DNA of 64,000 nucleotides from Lingula anatina (Eukaryota; Animalia; Brachiopoda). Positions within the stretch are counted from its first letter, which is position 1; each line of letters begins with the position of its first letter. The notes under the pieces are model-generated. The model made no database searches. It saw nothing but the letters and a program-made list of their open reading frames with translations, and was not told the origin of the DNA. Below are positions 12,036 to 24,903 of the stretch, in pieces. A program made the translations under genes and the position numbers. The DNA lies in NCBI GenBank assembly GCA_051362555.1, contig CM120642.1, forward strand, positions 17,608,001 to 17,672,000, given 5' to 3'.

Positions 12036-13497
12036 AGTGCCAGGCTGGTTAAATATTTCTTTCTATCTAATGAATATGAAATTAATAAGATACTTTAATA
12101 TGATCGCCATATTTATATTGTTTCTTAAAACGATTAAAATTGAAACAGAAACGATCACCCCTTTTACTTTTTTTATCATCTGCCGGCGTGGGTGCGTGCG
12201 TGTGTGAGAGAGAGAGAGAGAGAGAGAGATTGTGTGCGTGTGAGAGAGAAAGAGAGAGGGGGGAAGGAGAGAGATTTGATGGGATTTTTGCTCGCAAAAA
12301 CCTACTCACAAGTGTCTGTGTTACCTACACCAGTTGGGACAAACCAACATCTAAAAAACTAAGTGAAATAACAACTGAACGCTCTACCTGTTACTTACAT
12401 AATAGACTACCCTTTTCAACCTGCCAGGCGTCCCTGAGTTTGTTCTTAGGAATGCATGTACAGGCATACTCTGACCTAGCTATAAAATCAACTTAAGTCT
12501 TTACGTTATGTATATAAATCTTATCTTAAAGCCCTTTATCTACTGTATTCTTATTCGCCAGCACCTTAATGTATCAGTGTGTTGCATATAAAAAGTGACA
12601 TAAAACACGCAGGTCTTGTGGGGAGTGATGTTTTTTGACATAGTGTTTTTTTTTTTAATTTGTGGTAGAAACCGAGAAAATCTGATGTCAAAACGTACGA
12701 GAAGGCAAAAAAAAACTTGCTGAATGTGATTTGTATTTTCTTTGAATTTGCTGTTATTACTAGACAGTACTGCAATTGATTACAATAAATAAACTATCAT
12801 TTTAATAAAATATTATAATACTATACATTAATTTATACTATATTATAAATATATATTATATAATATTTGATGTTATGCCAACGCTTTAATATTTTCAAAA
12901 TAATTTTTGAGCACCATGCAACTACCTGTGCACTCATGACTGGTGATGGAGCAAAGGCTTTTTTTGTGATATGGTTTGTCTGTACACAGGCAGAGGCACA
13001 TCGACTCCTTGTAAATTATAAATAAAATTTGAAGATAAAGTGTTTTGGGTTGTTGAGGGTTGTTAGACGATAGATAATGTATATAAGTTTAAGCATCAGC
13101 GAATTAGAATATTTTAAAAACCTCAACACTATCAATAGTCCGAATGTGTGAGGGTGGTTCATTCCATTAAATGGGTGCTGCAATTGAAAATGCCCTGTGG
13201 TCGTAGGTTTCATTTGTTTTTTATTATCAAAAAAGATCATCAATTTCATTCAATACAAGAACTTGGAATTGACCGACATTTTAGCAATACACCACGATAA
13301 TGTCCGAATTTCAGTGTGCATACGATATTATATTGTGTTTTACCTGATATGATACAAAGGAGCAGTACAGTGCACTGTTTTACTCTCAAGCTTTATATCC
13401 TGTCATCTAACGATTTGAAAAGTCGAAAATGAAATAATGATATATTTTCATAGAAAGATGTTTTATGATAAGTGAAACTGTAAATTTCTTCACTAAC

Positions 13498-14305
13498 CTT
13501 CTTCGTCCACTTTAACATATGCTTGATGAACAGCTGTAGATATGAACAATTGTCCCGGAGCACCGCCTAAACCACTCAGGTCTGCTTCCCCGTCCACAAA
13601 CATATCCGTCATACCAAGTTTCTGCAGATGGTCCGCAATCTTCATTGTAACGCCCTTCAGTTCAAATCGGGGCAGATAGATGTCCACGGGCCGTTTGGTC
13701 AGATTTTTTACCAGGTAGTTAATTAAGCTCGAGGTTGTTGATTGCACTCTCAAGCTGAAGAAGGCCGTCGGGTTAATTGGGGAGAAAGCCGAACATGCTG
13801 ATATTTCCGGTATACGGTAGTTCTAGTATTTGACAGTTCCATGATGCACCAATACCGTGGCGGTATTTCTCCCCCAACATTTTCATCATTGGGATACTTG
13901 TCTGAAACCAGAATAAATGTGTTTTCTTAATACTCATTGTGATACACAAAGACGTTTAAAATAATAATTCGATACATATATATTTCAAATTTAATTTTGA
14001 ATATTATTTTAATATAATTATAAGTATAATCGTTTCATAAAATGTAAATTTCAAATGATTAATTACCAAAATGTGCAATTAAAGATGGGCAAGTATTTAT
14101 ATAATACAATTTTTGCAGCAGATTGTTATAAATAATTGTTCCGCTGTAAACCTTATCTACCTTCTGATCATTAGTTTTAAAAGGCAATTCTTCGATCAGG
14201 ATGGAATTGAATGACGCGTTCCACATTCCTTTGAAGTAGATGTCTTTGGCCAAAACGACCGGTGCTTTTGGTAATTGTTCCTTTTGCCAAAATATTTTGT
14301 ATTTT
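13498..14305 (-). pseudogene. Serpin pseudogene (3' part of coding exon 1 and all of exon 2)
   Basis: Close match to 8220-9047. Exon 2 (13498-13901) is 404 nt versus 400 and carries an in-frame TAA. The 5' part and the last exon are missing. Confidence 0.9.
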
Positions 14306-14747
14306 CAAGTAATTCAATTGCTTAAGTAGGCATTGTCATCAGAGATATACCATGTTTTCAACACAATATGATAACTGTATGCCGTTTATTTTGTATTTCA
14401 AATGCCTAAATGAAAATAAATTAAGCAGTTACATTGAACAAAGAACATGAAGGAAAATGCTGAATGAGGGATACAATTTTATTTTAATAAGTGTAGAGAA
14501 ATGTTGATTCCTCAATCTTATTTTATTTTAAGAAATTGTATGTGTTTCTACCCCCAATAAATCGCCACTTTTACCTTTTTACAATAATCATTATAGACGT
14601 GATCTTTAGCAATAGCAATTTGCCTTTTTTGAACAGATGGATGATGCCACGGTGACATCTACGCCCTTATCGTGCACACGCTTTGGCCTTCACCTACCGT
14701 AGTTCCTAACACACACACACATGCAAAGTAGGTTGTTCTTAGTGCGA

Positions 14748-14843
14748 TCTCGAAAGCAGCGCGTATTGCTTATGGAATCGAGTTATGGAATCGAGACGCT
14801 TGCGCACGGCCGCAAATTGCGATGCTTTCGAGATACGGGGCCC
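14748..14843. mobile_element. Short MITE-like insertion in one promoter copy
   Basis: Inverted ends tctcgaaagca / tgctttcgaga(tacggggccc). The insertion is absent from the paralogous blocks at ~4780 and ~17640, and a similar end occurs at ~45066-45085. Confidence 0.55.
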
Positions 14844-15086
14844 TGGTTCGCCTGAGAATAAAAACAACGGGGTCACGAACCATGTAGATGGTGCTTTGTT
14901 GAACATACTAAAACATTTATGTTAATTCGAAAGAAAGGGCTTGATTGTTCGTTGTTGGATATCAAATCTAAGGTCCAAGAGAGGTACAGTCATTTTTCGC
15001 TACGTGGAAATGCACCTTAGATTTGGAAGTCACTTAGAAAGAGAGCTCAATTGCCTGATGCACCAGTGTAACAGAAGACATCAGGA

Positions 15087-15594
15087 ATGAAGATACCTTT
15101 ACAGCTTTGGCTTTTGACAGTTTTCTGTCCGATTGCCCTCGGTGAAGGGAATAGGGGCGGATATTCAGAAGATATCGTTGGTATTTCTGTGTGAACATTC
15201 CTAATCCATTTTTTTTTTACAAATAAGCATTATGGCAAGACGCAAGCTAGTGATCCACTGTCCGCAGTCAAAATTTTACAAGTTATCAATTGGACAGGAA
15301 GCAATTTCTTGGTGAGCTATCTCACAGTATTTTGGAATAAAACGTAGAAATGTACAATCGATGCCGTTCAGAACGGAGGCAAATGTGACGGATTTCCTTA
15401 TTTCGGTTACGTGTGTCGCTGCCAAGCGGGGTTAGTCGGGCTTAAGTGTGATTGGCCTATTGATGTGATCGAATGGACAGCTGGCCATGCTGGAATGGAG
15501 TATGCATGGACTTGGTAAACGGTTATAGATATGACTGTGACCCTGGCTACACAGGTCAAAACTGTAACGTCAAGTCTGGCAGTTTGATTGGTTA
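15087..15594 (+). pseudogene. Pseudogene of the signal-peptide/EGF mini-gene
   Basis: Exon 1 is MKIPLQLWLLTVFCPIALGEGNRGGYSE with the donor mutated GT>AT (15172). Only a truncated, frameshifted 3' part of the EGF exon remains, ending aagtctggcagtttgattggttaa. Confidence 0.85.
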
Positions 15595-15886
15595 AAATAT
15601 TGGCAGAGTTAAAGACCCTTTTCACCCCGAACGGTACACTCCTCTGTATGGTACCTGTTTGAGAGAGTGTAAACTTTGTAACTTTGCAGGCAGAAACGTT
15701 AGAGAGATCGCATCAAGGATGTTGAAACCCTTTATCGTCATCGATGCGGAAAATGACGTTTTCCTCCATCTAATTATTCAGTAATGCATCTGTCATTGTT
15801 GTGATTTAAAACAATAAAAATATCCCCGAAAGTATACAATATCGGCGTTTATATTCCTCGTTGCAATGTATAAGCATAGGCAACTC

Positions 15887-16450
15887 ACATAAAAGGAAGA
15901 TCCGCCTTGAACTCTTGGGGTCTCATGCCGGTGGCTCCACCACTGGCTGCCGCGGCTCCTGCTTCTATTCCTGTAAAACAGGGACCGTCATTTACAGCGA
16001 TTTACCTAAAATAAACAGACGGTAAATAAAAGACGATAAATAGGAATAGATGAATAACTGCGTTTAGAGGATCGTGCAACAAATAACAGACACTCATCAG
16101 CTTTGATAACATTACCGACACCAACCCAATCAAATAGCGATAAAACTATCAACATTTCACAACATTTCCTTTCACTGATGATGGCCTATGATCTCTGTCT
16201 AGGGGTGTATGACGATAAGGTGTTCGGTCTACGTTAACCGTTCGATACATATAACACATTTGGGTATACGCGTAAGTGTCTCACCTTTGCATTAAATTAA
16301 GTCACAGCAAAACGCTGCATGTTTCCCCATTATTGCGAGCTTTTTACATTCACTGAGTACAAATAAAACGATGCACAGGCGGTGTAAAAGTTAGACAATG
16401 AATGGTATATTGTTTAACACATTCATTTAGCCTTTTCAGCAATCTGACAC
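15887..16450 (-). pseudogene. Second serpin relic: reactive-loop exon fragment (15970-15887) plus preceding intron
   Basis: ttttacag|GIEAGAAAASGGATGMRPQEFKADLPFM*, truncated against the EGF-gene 3' flank. The intron matches 9200-9796. Confidence 0.85.
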
Positions 16451-17892
16451 TTTTGATTTAAAAGTAAATGTCTGCTGAAGTGTTTTAAGGGCTGTCTTTT
16501 CTTTTACTTTTACAGCATCGTTTTTGCTTTGATTTTTTCGCCCTATGCAGTAGTTTCTGCATGGGTCTCCGTAAGGTGTCACTCATGAAACTGAATCAGC
16601 GTGGACTCACCAAAATGGTCTACTCATGCAGAGGATATAAGCACCAAGTGTATGGTAGCATTTACCCTCTTATCAATGAAACGAAAACTTCTCGCAATCA
16701 TACAGACCTTTAGTTCAGCCGTTGTTTCTCTGTAAATAGAACCAGTGACTAATTGATAAGAATACGTAGAATCGTTTATAATTTTATAATCAGGTACTGG
16801 AAATAACACTAACAAAAACAACACAAGTAAAGCGGTGATATTGCGGCTTTTAAAACTTTTGACAAACGAATTCGAACCTTCTGCATGTGTGTCATTTATC
16901 ATATCATTGTCATACACACGTGCTGTTGGTTAGCTTTTTTTCAATAAATTCAACAGGTTTTGCGGTAGAAAACTGCCAGATTTACGAAATACCCAGATTA
17001 TATAAGCTTTGTGGTGTGTCCCTTTCTTGTTTCCTGATAGGCAAAATTTTGCAAACTCAAGTGGTTATAAACGACTATGTAGCCGTAATCCAACTATTAA
17101 AGTAGATATGTCATCAGAGATAAACCATGTTTTTAACACAATAACTGTATGCCGTTTATTTTGCATCTGAAATGCCTAAATAAATAAACAGATTAATCGG
17201 GGACAATGTGAAGCGCACCAGGATTCAATTATAAGTCATCAAAAGAAGGCGCTAAATTAATTTCGGATGGAAAGACATTATATAACTGATCTAAAATATA
17301 CGTTTAAATTGTTGTTATGAATAAACATCAAAGAAAATGTTTAATGGGCGGAGAAAACGAGAGAAAATGCTGGATTAGCGATCCAATTTTATTTCAATAA
17401 AATGTAGGAAAATTGATTTCGCAACCCAATTTTATTTCAAAAAATGTATGGTGTTCTGCCCCAATAAATCGCTGCTTTTACTTATTTACAGTAATCAAGA
17501 CATAAGTAATATTTAGCAACTTGTCTTCTTTTCATAACAGATGGACGATGCCACGGTAACACCTACGCCCTTATCGTGCACACGCTTTGGCCCTAACCTA
17601 GTTCTCCACACAAACATTCAAAGTGGGCTGTTCTTAGTGCGATCCTGGTTCGCCACAGAATTAAGAAAAACAGGGCCACATGTATGGTTCAGGTCGCGAT
17701 GTTTAACATACTAAATTTGTTTCAACTTAATGTTAATTAGGAAAAAAGGTCTCAAGTGTTTGTTGGATATCAAATAATGTCAAAGCCATGCACAGTCATT
17801 TCTCACTACATGGAAACACACCTTATATTTTGAAGACACCTAGAGAGATAGCTCACTTGCCTGATGCACCAAGGGAACAAAAGACATCAAGG

Positions 17893-20800
17893 ATGAAGAT
17901 GCTTTTACACCTTTGGTTTTTTACAGTTTTCTCTCCGATCACCCTTGCTACATGGGGTAACGTCGGATATTCACAAGGTAGCATTCATATTTCTATGTAG
18001 ACATTCTTCGTACATTGTTTTTATAACTTAGCATTTTGACTGGTACAAGAAAACTAGCGAGATTTTATATGCACATGTAGGCCTTTATGCTACAATCTCA
18101 AAAGTTCATATCGGTTTACTGAATCATCTTATAAATGTGAAGCAGATTTCAGATACACACATAAAAATTGGCAAAACAACATACATGTTTCTCTTTTGTC
18201 AGGTTCATGTTTAAACTCTCGGTGGGTTGAGTATCCAAGAGGCAGTCCTCGCACGCTTTATAGACTATTCTGCACCAGACAGACATGGACAGTGGCTCAG
18301 AAGGTCTGCCAGCGTTATGGGGGAACCCTCGCCGTGGTTGACAGTAATGGCGAGAAGAATTTTTTGTTTGATATGATAAAGAACGCAGGAGAAGCGTGGG
18401 TTGGCTATACTGTCAGAAGATCTTCATTTACATGTAAACCCAGGTAACTATGCATAATTAAACTGCCTGTTAACCAAGTTATGTTGCTTTACACACACAC
18501 ACACTGTTACGAATAAGCAAACTTCTTTAGTCTTTTTCACATCTATTTTATTTGCTTGTCATTGAAATTGTCACGTAGAAACTGAAATGAACAAAATACA
18601 TCAAATTAAGAAATTATCCTTAAATTATGTTACAATTACAACTTATAAAGTTCCTATTAACTGTTTAAATTACTAAATGATTCATAAAGTCTTACCTCAT
18701 TGCGGGAATTAGTGACTTTTAATGATCAGAACATAACTATGATAAGCGCGTGCTCTAGTAAAAAAAGTAAAACGCTATCTCCACCGATGTGCATAACAGC
18801 TAAGACGGGCCAAACCTTAACATGGCTCCCCTAAATTGTGAAAGCAATTTACACAATATATACTGTTTACCTTATCATTACGTATAAAAAAATATTTGCT
18901 CGTAAATTATTAAGAATTACCGTACCTTAAACACCTTTAAGGAACATCAAAACTTACAGTTGATTACCGTATTAAAACATAAAATACTTTGCAATCCCAT
19001 AAACACAAATAGCTCAACATGTAACTGTCTTTAGAAAACAAAAGTGTTCATTAAATCTACACAAACTGTAGCATAGAATCATAACAAAACTGACATTATT
19101 GTCACAGTTAACAGTTATTTTGGCTCCTCGACGGGGTCTTCTCCGGTCAACAAAAGAATTAACTTGTGCACTGGTCTCTCATATGTAGAGTCCCTAACTT
19201 TCCACTTGACCTTACGCACATATCCATCTGCACTTTGAAAGGTTTCTACTATGCGACCAAGTGGCCACTGATTTCTTGGTGCACTGTCATCTATCATGAG
19301 AACAATATCTCCAACTTGTACATCTCTATGTTGTTTGATCCACTTTTTTCTTTCTTGTAATGTAGGAAGAAATTCCTTTCTCCACCTGCTCCAAAATTCA
19401 TTGGCTAGATATTGAACATGTCGCCATCTTCGATGAAGATATGTGTCTTTCCTTATGAAATTCCCAGGTGGTGGCATCACGACCTTAGTTTTCAGGGTCA
19501 GGAGCTGATTTGGAGACAAAGGCATTGGAGAATCTGGTGACTGTGTATCAATGTAGGTCAAAGGTCTACTGTTAACTATGGCTTCTGCCTCAGCTAACAA
19601 TGTGGACAAGGAATCATCATCTAAACGGTCACTGTGAGCTGTGAGAAGTCCTGATAAAGCATTTCTGGCTGATCTGATCATCCTTTCCCACACGCCTCCC
19701 ATATGTGAAGCATGAGGAACATTCATTTCAAACTGAATCCAGTCACAATGGTCTTTCAGAAGTTCTCTCCTGATCTTGTCCTGATCCATATCCATAAAGG
19801 CAGTTTCTTGCTCTCCCTTAACTCCAATGAAATTGGTTCCACGGTCTGCTCTGAGTAGACGTACTGGTCCACGCCTGCATACAAAGCGTCTGTAGCAGTT
19901 AATGAAAGAATCTGTGCTGAGTGAATATGCAACTTCTATATGAATAGCACGTGATGCTAAACATGTAAACATTGCACCGTATCTCTTAATCTGCTTTCTT
20001 CCCTCCTTCACATAGAATGGTCCAAAGAAATCTACTGCACTGTAGGTGAATGGAGGTGCTGGTTCCAGTCTGTCAGCTGGAAGATCTGACATTTTCTGAC
20101 TCTGTGGGTTTGCTCGAAGCTTACGACAGGTCACACATTTCCATATATATGATCCAATCTTGGCACGGCCAGAAATTATCCAATAACCACTAGCTCGGAC
20201 TTCATTAAGAGTAATGCCACTTCCTGAATGTCCGCATCGTGTATGATAGTGGTCAATTATGAGATTTGTAACGTGATGATCCTTAGGCAGAATCACTGGG
20301 TGTGTAAGCTCTCTGGGTAGATTTGCCCTCTTTAAACGACCACCTACTCTGAGTAGTCCATCTTCACATAAAAATGGGTCTAGGCGGTATAGTGAACTGG
20401 TTTTCTTGATTTGTTCGTTGCGATATCTTGCCTGTTTTCTCTCTGTGTGTTCACTGTTATCTTCTCTGTTAATTGCTTTCAGTATTTCAATTTCCTTCTC
20501 AAATGTAACAGTCTGTGTTGACTTGAGAATGATCTTTTCTGCCACTTGTATTTCTTGAACATTCAACGGTTCATTGCTGGTCTCAACTGTGTTCTGCTGT
20601 GTAGATTTCCTGTCCTTAGCTTGTTTCAGCTTCTGTATGAATCGTAAACACCACGCAACAACTCGTGTTGCTCTGTTCCAGGAAGAAAACCTTTTCAATA
20701 CATCAGACAAGTGATCGTGGTTGGTTTCTACTTTAGTAGCAAATACATTGACTTCAGATTTGCGTACTTCTGGGTCATCTGGTGCTAGTCTGAATTGGGT

Positions 20801-23800
20801 ATTAGTGGTAGATAGTGGTTCATCAATGAGCAGGAAGTCTGGCCCATTCCACCACTGTTCATTCTGTAGTAGCTCTGTCACACCTGTTCCCCTGGAGGCT
20901 ATATCAGCTGGGTTGTCACTGGACTTAACATGCCTCCATTGCGATGGCTGACTGACTTCTCTAATTCGTTGTATTCTATTAGCTACAAAGACATGAAATC
21001 TTTTAGCATCATTATTGACATACCCTAGAACAACCTTGCTGTCAGTCCAATACACATGGGTGATGTCTTCATACTCTAACTCCTAGGCAAGAAAGGTCCC
21101 CACCTTTATAGACATCACTGCTGCTGACAACTCTAGGCGTGGGACTGTCACTGGTTTAGAGGGAGCTACCTTGGACTTGCCCATAACTAATGTGGTTGCT
21201 ATTCTTCCTGTGTTGCTTTTAAGTCTCAAGTAACTACACTGACCTAGGCCTTCTACACTGGCATCTGAGAAGTGATGAAGTTCTGCAGTAGTCACTTCAC
21301 CAAAATCATTTGGCTTATAGCACCGTGGTATATTCAACTTGGTTAAGTTCAGCAAATCTGAGCGCCATCTTTCCCACCTGCATCTAATACTCTCTGGCAC
21401 TTGATCATCCCACTCTGCACCGTCTCTGCATAGCTCTTGGAGAATTTTCTTACCGGCAAGGATGAATGGTGAGACAAGGCCTAAAGGGTCAAATATGGAA
21501 CTTACAGTGGAGAGAATTCCCCTTCTTGTTAATGGCTTATCATTGATCTGGACCTTAAACTGAAAACTGTCCGCTTCTACACACCACTGTACTCCTAAAG
21601 CTGGGCATATTGGCAATGTGTCTCTGTTAAGGTCAATGTTTCTCATTTCTTTGGCTCTCTCTGACATTGGGATTGTATTCATCACTTCACGGTTGTTTGA
21701 TACTAGCTTGTGAAGTCTTAGGTTACCTTTGTTCAGCAGCTCTCTTGTTTCACTAACAAGACGTATAGCTTCTTCACTTGACTCGATGCTCTTGAGTCCA
21801 TCGTCTACATAAAAGTCATTCTTAAGAAAGGCAATGACGTCTGGTGAATACTCATCTTGGTAGTCCTCTGCTAGTTTCCTCAGTCCATACAATGCGCATG
21901 CTGGTGAACTTATCGCTCCAAATATATGAGACGTCATTCTGTATGTGATGGGATTACTACTGAGGTCACCGTCTTTCCACCATAGGAACTGTAAAAACTT
22001 TCTATCCTCTTCTTTCACTTTAAACCTGTGAAACATGTTCTCCATGTCACCCATGATTGCTACTGGCTGCTCTCTAAACCTCAATAAAACACCTATGAGC
22101 GAGTTATTCTGATCAGGTCCTTTCAACAGGCAGTCGTTTAGCGCAACATTTTCATGTTTTGCACTGGCATCAAACACCACTCGTAATTTCTCACGTTTCT
22201 TGGGGTGATATACACCATGATGTGGTAAGTACCAACCTCCATCTTCATGAGGTGATTCTTCTGCATAGCATTTATCTATGAGGTCCTGCATAAAACTGTT
22301 ATAGTGCTCATAATACTTCGGGTTGTGGATTAGCCTTTTCCTTAGCTGCTCTAGTCTGATCTCAGCTGCTGGTTTGTTGTTTGGCAATGCTGGATGTCCA
22401 TCTTTAAATGGTAGTGGCATCTCATAAAAACCCTCGTTGACATGTATGCCTTCCTCCATAATCTTCATGAACTTCTGGTCTTGAAGGCTTAACTTCTCAT
22501 CTTTCTGTTGGTCGAAACCTTGGTCAAAGAGACTGCAAACCTCAGCGGGGCTGATCTCTGTCACTTGTGTTCTAAAGGCAAAGGCATGTGTTCCAAAGCT
22601 CTTGTTCTCATCTATGGGTCTTGATTTGTCCACTGGCCCTACTATACCCCAACCTAGGTTACATCTGTATGCATATGGCTCCTCTCCTCTACCATGTATG
22701 TACTCCAGACCTCTAATGGCTTTCATACAGTTTACTCCCAACAGCAGTCCTACCTCTATGTCTGGGCGATAAGGAGTAATCTTATCAGCAATTGAGTGCA
22801 AGTGTGGCCATTTCTTAGCAGTTTCTGGTCTGGGTATCTGTGATCGCTTAACTGGAATGGAGTCTCTGGAGTATGTATCTGGGAGCTCAATCAATGTCTC
22901 TTGGTTCAGACCTCTCACAACAAGTCCTCTAACTTTCCTGCTCGGGACGGTTTTTTCTCCAAGTATGGTTGAAAGTCTGATGTCTACATGCTTCCCTTTA
23001 CATTCGAGTTCACTGAGGGTCGAGGACTTTACAAAGCAGGCATCTGACTGCTCGTCTAGTACTGCATATACCACTGAATAAATGTCTGGATTATCCTCGT
23101 GGTGTACTACAACTGGCACTATCATGGAATGCACATTCTCAGAACTGTGGGTGGTATGGCATACAGCTGCTCCCACTACTTTACTAGTGTAATTGTCATC
23201 ATGTAGAATTGTTGGATGATAAGAGTTACATTTTTGGCATTTCATTTTACTTCTGCATTCATGTTTTCTGTGACCATATGCAAGGCACCCAAAACATAAC
23301 CCATTATTCTTTATAATGCCGATTCTTTCATCCATTGTCTTTTCTTGCATTTCTGGGCATTGGTGAAGTTTATGTTGTTCCTTGCATAATATACACTTGT
23401 GAACGTGTCTTTCGTTGCTGGATGCAGAGGTACTAGACAGTACTGTTTGTGCTGGAACTCTTCTCCTCGGTGCTGGTATAGGTCTCTCTGGTGGCGGTGG
23501 AACCTTTCCAAAAATGGGGTCAGCCAATTTTCGTGCTTCTTTCTGCACAAAATCGACGAAAACCTGAAAGGTTATCTTCTGTCCCCTTTCCTTCCTTTCA
23601 TATACTATGCTTCTCCATTTATCATGCAATTTGAGCGGCAGCTTCGTCATTAGCCTCTTAAGGTTATCAGGATACTCGAGGACTGGAATGGCATCTATTT
23701 CTTTTACTGCATATTCACATTCCCTTAAAAATATGCCGTATTTGTCTAGTGCGACATAATCATCATGCTTTATCACTGGCCACTGTAAGGCACGGTTTAT

Positions 23801-24821
23801 ATACGATGTCCCAATCTGTTCTTGGTCCCCATACCTTCTCTCAAATTCCTTCCATGTGGCCTTGAAACCAATGGATGCATCTAAGTGAGCGAAACCTAGC
23901 GTAATTTCATGAGGCTCACCTCTGGTGTATTGCAGTAGATAGTTCAGTTTTTCATCATCAGAGTCGCATGTTTCTATGATTCTACTTTTAAACTGTCTCT
24001 TAAACAGCACATATTTGATCGGGTCACCTTCAAATACTTGAATCTGAATTCTTGGTTTACTGAGTTCCTTTGCTATCGTAGTTTGCTCACACAAAGTGAG
24101 TGGGGCACAAGATGTTAGTGTGTTTTTGGGCGTAGATGTCTTTTTTATGTTTGACTTTGTGAAGTTAAAATGCCTTTCTAACTCACGCATGGTTTGGTCT
24201 ATATCCGACTCTACCCTTTTTAGTTCTGCTTGGAGAAGTATCATTTCTGCTTGTGTTGCCATCTTTTCTAAATACTATGCTGATCGTCTTTCACTAAATC
24301 GTCGCTCAGTTTCTACTATCTTTCACTAAATCGTCGCTGAGTTTCTACTGTTACGAATAAGCAAACTTCTTTAGTCTTTTTCACATCTATTTTATTTGCT
24401 TGTCATTGAAATTGTCACGTAGAAACTGAAATGAACAAAATACATCAAATTAAGAAATTATCCTTAAATTATGTTACAATTACAACTTATAAAGTTCCTA
24501 TTAACTGTTTAAATTACTAAATGATTCATAAAGTCTTACCTCATTGCGGGAATTAGTGACTTTTAATGATCAGAACATAACTATGATAAGCGCGTGCTCT
24601 AGTAAAAAAAGTAAAACGCTATCTCCACCGATGTGCATAACAGCTAAGACGGGCCAAACCTTAACACACACAAACATATATATATATATTGAAAGTAAAA
24701 GTGTTTTTCCTATACGAGTCTACGAGTCTATATATACAGGTATATGTACGTGACAAAAAGAAATAAAAAACAGCAGTTATTTTACCCCAAATAAATAACT
24801 GCTGTTTTTTATTTATTTTTG

Positions 24822-24903
<82 letters not shown>

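Larger units (their letters stand above)
18505..24666 (-). mobile_element. Full-length Bel/Pao LTR retrotransposon in intron 2, antisense to the host gene
   Basis: 318-bp LTRs (TG...CA) at 18505-18822 and 24349-24666, 5-bp TSD CACAC, purine tract next to the 3' LTR, and domain order gag-PR-RT-RH-IN. Confidence 0.97.

Noticed and set aside
15887-15970. Alternative (mutually exclusive) RCL exon of the intact serpin, as in insect serpin-1
   Set aside because: It is on the opposite strand, truncated by a stop, and upstream of the minus-strand pseudogene, so it cannot be spliced to either.
21055-21085. Two separate retroelement genes, or programmed gag-pol readthrough
   Set aside because: Both ORFs are in one frame and the stop falls inside the RNase H region, not at the gag-pol boundary. 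It is best read as a nonsense mutation.
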